Assembly (NCBI GenBank): GCA_021801925.1
Contig: JAKABH010000002.1
Span: forward strand, 4,560-68,559
Direction: 5' to 3'
From: Thermoplasmata archaeon
GTDB taxonomy: Archaea; Thermoplasmatota; Thermoplasmata; Lutacidiplasmatales; UBA184
Length of the DNA stretch: 64,000 bases
Shown: positions 61,785-64,000 of the stretch, in pieces
Position numbering within the stretch: the stretch's first letter is position 1
Layout of the letters: each line of letters starts with the position of its first letter
Program-made: the position numbers and the translations under genes
Notes under the pieces: generated by a model
The model's database searches: none
What the model was told of the DNA's origin: nothing
The model's input: the letters and a program-made list of their open reading frames with translations, nothing else

Positions 61785-63159
61785 CGGACCAGTCCTCCGA
61801 GAGGCAGCTCTGGCGCTCCCCCTTCGCAGACGTTGCGCGAGAAGTCCTGGCCGGCGGCGTGTACACCGTCACCGGGACACCCCGGCTTGATAGATGCTCG
61901 TCAATCAGCTCGGAGATGACGCTCCAGTTTCCCCCAGCCATACCCGCCCCGATGCGCGGCATGTGAATGCTCGCTCCCGCCCGGAGCGCCTCATCGCGAA
62001 CCGTTGCGAGGCAGGCGTTGAGGGCGGCGTACCTGATTCTGGGTTTGTCGCTGGGACCGTACCCATGCTGGGCCACCATGCTCGCGATGGATAGTCCCTC
62101 AGAGACTTGGGCGATCCGGGTCCTCCCGAGCGACAGGTTGCGGTGACCCTCGCTCGCCCAGCGCCGAAAGTCTTCCTGCGCTTGAGGGAACTTCCCTCTG
62201 ACCGCCTTCGAGAACGCCCCTCCCCAGTTCGCGGTCTTGTCGTTCACGACCTGGGCGACTATTTTTGGGCCTGCCCCGCGGGGTTGCAGGGCGTCCCCAC
62301 GGAGCTCTAGAGTGGTGCTGGGCCGGTCTTTCGAGGGCACCGTCATGCGGCAGAGGCCCAACACTCTGGGAAGGGCTTTCCCGGGATAGGGGGGAAGGCC
62401 CACGCACTCCCAATAGAGAGAGGGTACCACTCCTTTGGAGGGCTCGCGCCCTTTGGCGGTGCAACCGACGGCAATGCACTGGGAGAACACCGAGCCCTCT
62501 AGGAGTGCCCCAGGGCCGAACGGAGGTGCCCCCGCACGGGAAGTGACCACGTAGTCTGCCCGGAAGGTTCGCTCTCCGACCCCTTCGTTCACTCGAGAAG
62601 CCACGGCCACGGCGCACGGGTAGCGGGCCGAGCGAACGAGGCGTAGGGCCGCCGCCTCTACCGAGACCTGGCACGCCTCCTGGATCTTGAGAAGGGAGTC
62701 GATGGTGGGCGGAGCGGCGGGATCCACCGCGAAACCGGTGGGCATGAGGATCTCCGACGCCGCTATGTTGCACAGCATCTCGAGTTCCCAGTCGTCGCCC
62801 CGGGGGTTCGCCTCTCTGTTGCGAACCGTCTGGAGATGGTCGTCGAACAGCGTGTGCGCTATCTCATGGGCGAGAGAGAAGCGGATCCTGTTCCGGGGCC
62901 GGTTCGGATTGAACTCGATCTCTGGATGCTGGCCTCGGGGCACAATCTTCGCGTCCAGGACATCCTCCTTGGGGACCACGGAGATGCCGAGGAGCTCCGC
63001 GAGGCGGAACGGGTCGAACGGAGGCCCCTCCCACCCCCTTTGTACTGCCTCAAGTACGACGTCTCTGGCCCTCCGAGTCACGGCCACGACAGGGTCTCGA
63101 CCCTCGGCCAGCCTCTTCACGCTGGGGTTGGTCCAAACAACGGTAGTTTGTGGCGCCAT
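61777..63159 (-). CDS. Fusion protein: ImmA/IrrE-type Zn metallopeptidase + middle region + C-terminal Macro domain
   Basis: FSLAHEIAHTLF (HExxH, 62854-62868) with downstream ELEMLCNIAASEILMP. Macro motifs IVAQVVNDKTANWGGAFSKAV and IHMPRIGAGMAGGNW (about 61855-62307). Confidence 0.85.
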   Translation of the reverse strand: MAPQTTVVWTNPSVKRLAEGRDPVVAVTRRARDVVLEAVQRGWEGPPFDPFRLAELLGISVVPKEDVLDAKIVPRGQHPEIEFNPNRPRNRIRFSLAHEIAHTLFDDHLQTVRNREANPRGDDWELEMLCNIAASEILMPTGFAVDPAAPPTIDSLLKIQEACQVSVEAAALRLVRSARYPCAVAVASRVNEGVGERTFRADYVVTSRAGAPPFGPGALLEGSVFSQCIAVGCTAKGREPSKGVVPSLYWECVGLPPYPGKALPRVLGLCRMTVPSKDRPSTTLELRGDALQPRGAGPKIVAQVVNDKTANWGGAFSKAVRGKFPQAQEDFRRWASEGHRNLSLGRTRIAQVSEGLSIASMVAQHGYGPSDKPRIRYAALNACLATVRDEALRAGASIHMPRIGAGMAGGNWSVISELIDEHLSSRGVPVTVYTPPARTSRATSAKGERQSCLSEDWSGG

Positions 63160-63528
63160 GCTTGGTCACACTCGTACGCGGATTTCCCTGCTTCGAAGGT
63201 CCCCGCTACGTCGACCCAAGAGGAGACTCGGGCGAGCGTGACTCGCAGCAAACCCTCCCGTGCTTCTCGGTTCGGCCCTTGTCTTTGGTCCCCCCCATCG
63301 AACTATGTCCCCCTGCCCTCCACCATAATCGCCAAGAGGATTAACGCTCAGCGATGGTGTGTCGCGGCCTACTCGATAGGACCGAAATCCAGGGAGGGAA
63401 AGGCAACGGACCCGATTCGAGAAACGGCCCCTGAGAAGATGAATTCCGGGGACACCCCCTGAATCAAGGTCCCACCGAGGGCCACATTCCCGCCGCACAT
63501 CCGGCCATCTTGCGAGAAACGTGCTCGA

Positions 63529-63729
63529 TTATCGCCGTCCGCGGCGGCTTCCGCTCCCTGAGAAGAAGTTGATAACGATTACCACCGCTGTCAGCCCGAA
63601 GACCGCAGCGACGACTTCCACGATGTAGCCTGTGAACTCAAGGAGGACTGACGGGAGGAAGAACGCCACGAAAATGAAACCTACAATCAATACGAGAAGC
63701 ACCGTGACGATTCCGTCCCACTTGTTCAT
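63529..63729 (-). CDS. Possible small two-TM membrane protein (66 aa)
   Basis: IVTVLLVLIVGFIFVAFFL and VVAAVFGLTAVVIVINFF, with a basic C-terminus. AT-richer codon usage like the surrounding island. Confidence 0.4.
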   Translation of the reverse strand: MNKWDGIVTVLLVLIVGFIFVAFFLPSVLLEFTGYIVEVVAAVFGLTAVVIVINFFSGSGSRRGRR

Positions 63730-64000
63730 TCAGTTGCTCCCATCGGGCCGATTTGGGGCTGCTGGAACAGGGGGACGGCGGTCATGACGTGAGCTCGGCG
63801 GTCGAAGCGGGCAGGCGCTCGTCCTTCCACCAGCGGCGCACGACCCGTCTGGCTCTCCATGCTCGCAAATCGCCGGTGTAGGTCACGTCCATGTGTTTTC
63901 GGTTAACGACCCCTTCCACTCGAGCCGAGTAGGCTCATGAGGGGCGTCCCACGTCAGTGCGATGTCGCATCCGTCGAAGAAGACACGAGTCCGTCACCGC

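Larger units (their letters stand above)
57889..64000. other. Lower-GC accessory island (runs to the window edge)
   Basis: Hand G+C counts per 60 nt: 58321-58380 = 29, 60361-60420 = 39, 62401-62460 = 37, versus 48 for 38041-38100. Flanked on one side by tRNA-Ser and an IS630 remnant. Confidence 0.55.

Noticed and set aside
63924-63935. GCCGAGTAGGCT resembles GCCGAGCTAGGCT in tRNA-Ser (56628-56640) and could be an att-type direct repeat bounding the island
   Set aside because: It is only 12 matching bases with an indel, and the flanking bases diverge. This is easily chance in 64 kb, and the window ends before the context can be judged.
1-64000. CRISPR arrays, rRNA genes, RNase P RNA and SRP RNA
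   Set aside because: Reading by eye, I found no regularly spaced direct repeats, no rRNA-like stretches and no GAGGAAAGUCC or SRP domain-IV-like motifs. A covariance-model scan (Infernal/Rfam) would be needed to exclude small ncRNAs such as C/D-box or H/ACA sRNAs.

Overview
High-GC archaeal chromosome segment. The archaeal assignment rests on RFC small subunit, aRF1, TFB, Gar1, aIF6, ribosomal proteins S17e/S19e/L31e/L39e, an archaeal-type PPAT and a SAMP-like ThiS/MoaD protein. A Thermoplasmatota-like lineage is only a guess. Gene density is high, many genes are translationally coupled (ATGA/GTGA/TGATG overlaps), and several genes carry a TATA-like box 26-30 nt upstream of the start codon, as expected for leaderless archaeal mRNAs. 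Because of the GC content, most long ORFs in the six-frame track are alternative-frame or antisense artefacts rich in R/G/P. I called only ORFs with recognisable motifs or protein-like composition, and trimmed several N-termini.

Main blocks:
- 0.3-7.6 kb: rfcS, moaC/moaB, a methyltransferase, trx, aRF1, a surface glycoprotein.
- 7.7-13.9 kb: tRNA-Arg(CCU) followed by remnants of four IS families (IS21 fragment, IS110, IS630, ISAzo13 with an in-frame TGA).
- 15-37.7 kb: housekeeping and transport genes (tandem USP, MFS, GltD-like, a 1065-aa YVTN/PKD surface protein, PadR-ABC exporter, GH15, TauE/DUF1634, GlmM, M50 protease, PPAT).
- 37.7-43.2 kb: a coupled vWA / atypical GTPase / 947-aa coiled-coil operon that I cannot assign to a known system.
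- 43.5-45.8 kb: the conserved S17e and S19e-PDCD5-L39e-L31e-aIF6 clusters.
- 45.9-51.7 kb: a Mo-hydroxylase operon with its maturation genes.
- 51.6-56.4 kb: purN, gar1-tfb, two possibly paralogous helical proteins and a SAMP.
- 56.6-64 kb: tRNA-Ser(CGA), a decayed IS630, and a lower-GC island.

The island carries overlapping genes for an ImmA-peptidase/Macro fusion, a P-loop-kinase/adenylosuccinate-synthetase-like fusion and an ART-like (DarT/DUF7002-type) protein, next to a wHTH plus unknown-protein pair. The two best candidates for an undescribed system are this island operon and the vWA-GTPase-coiled-coil operon. I found no CRISPR array and no rRNA.
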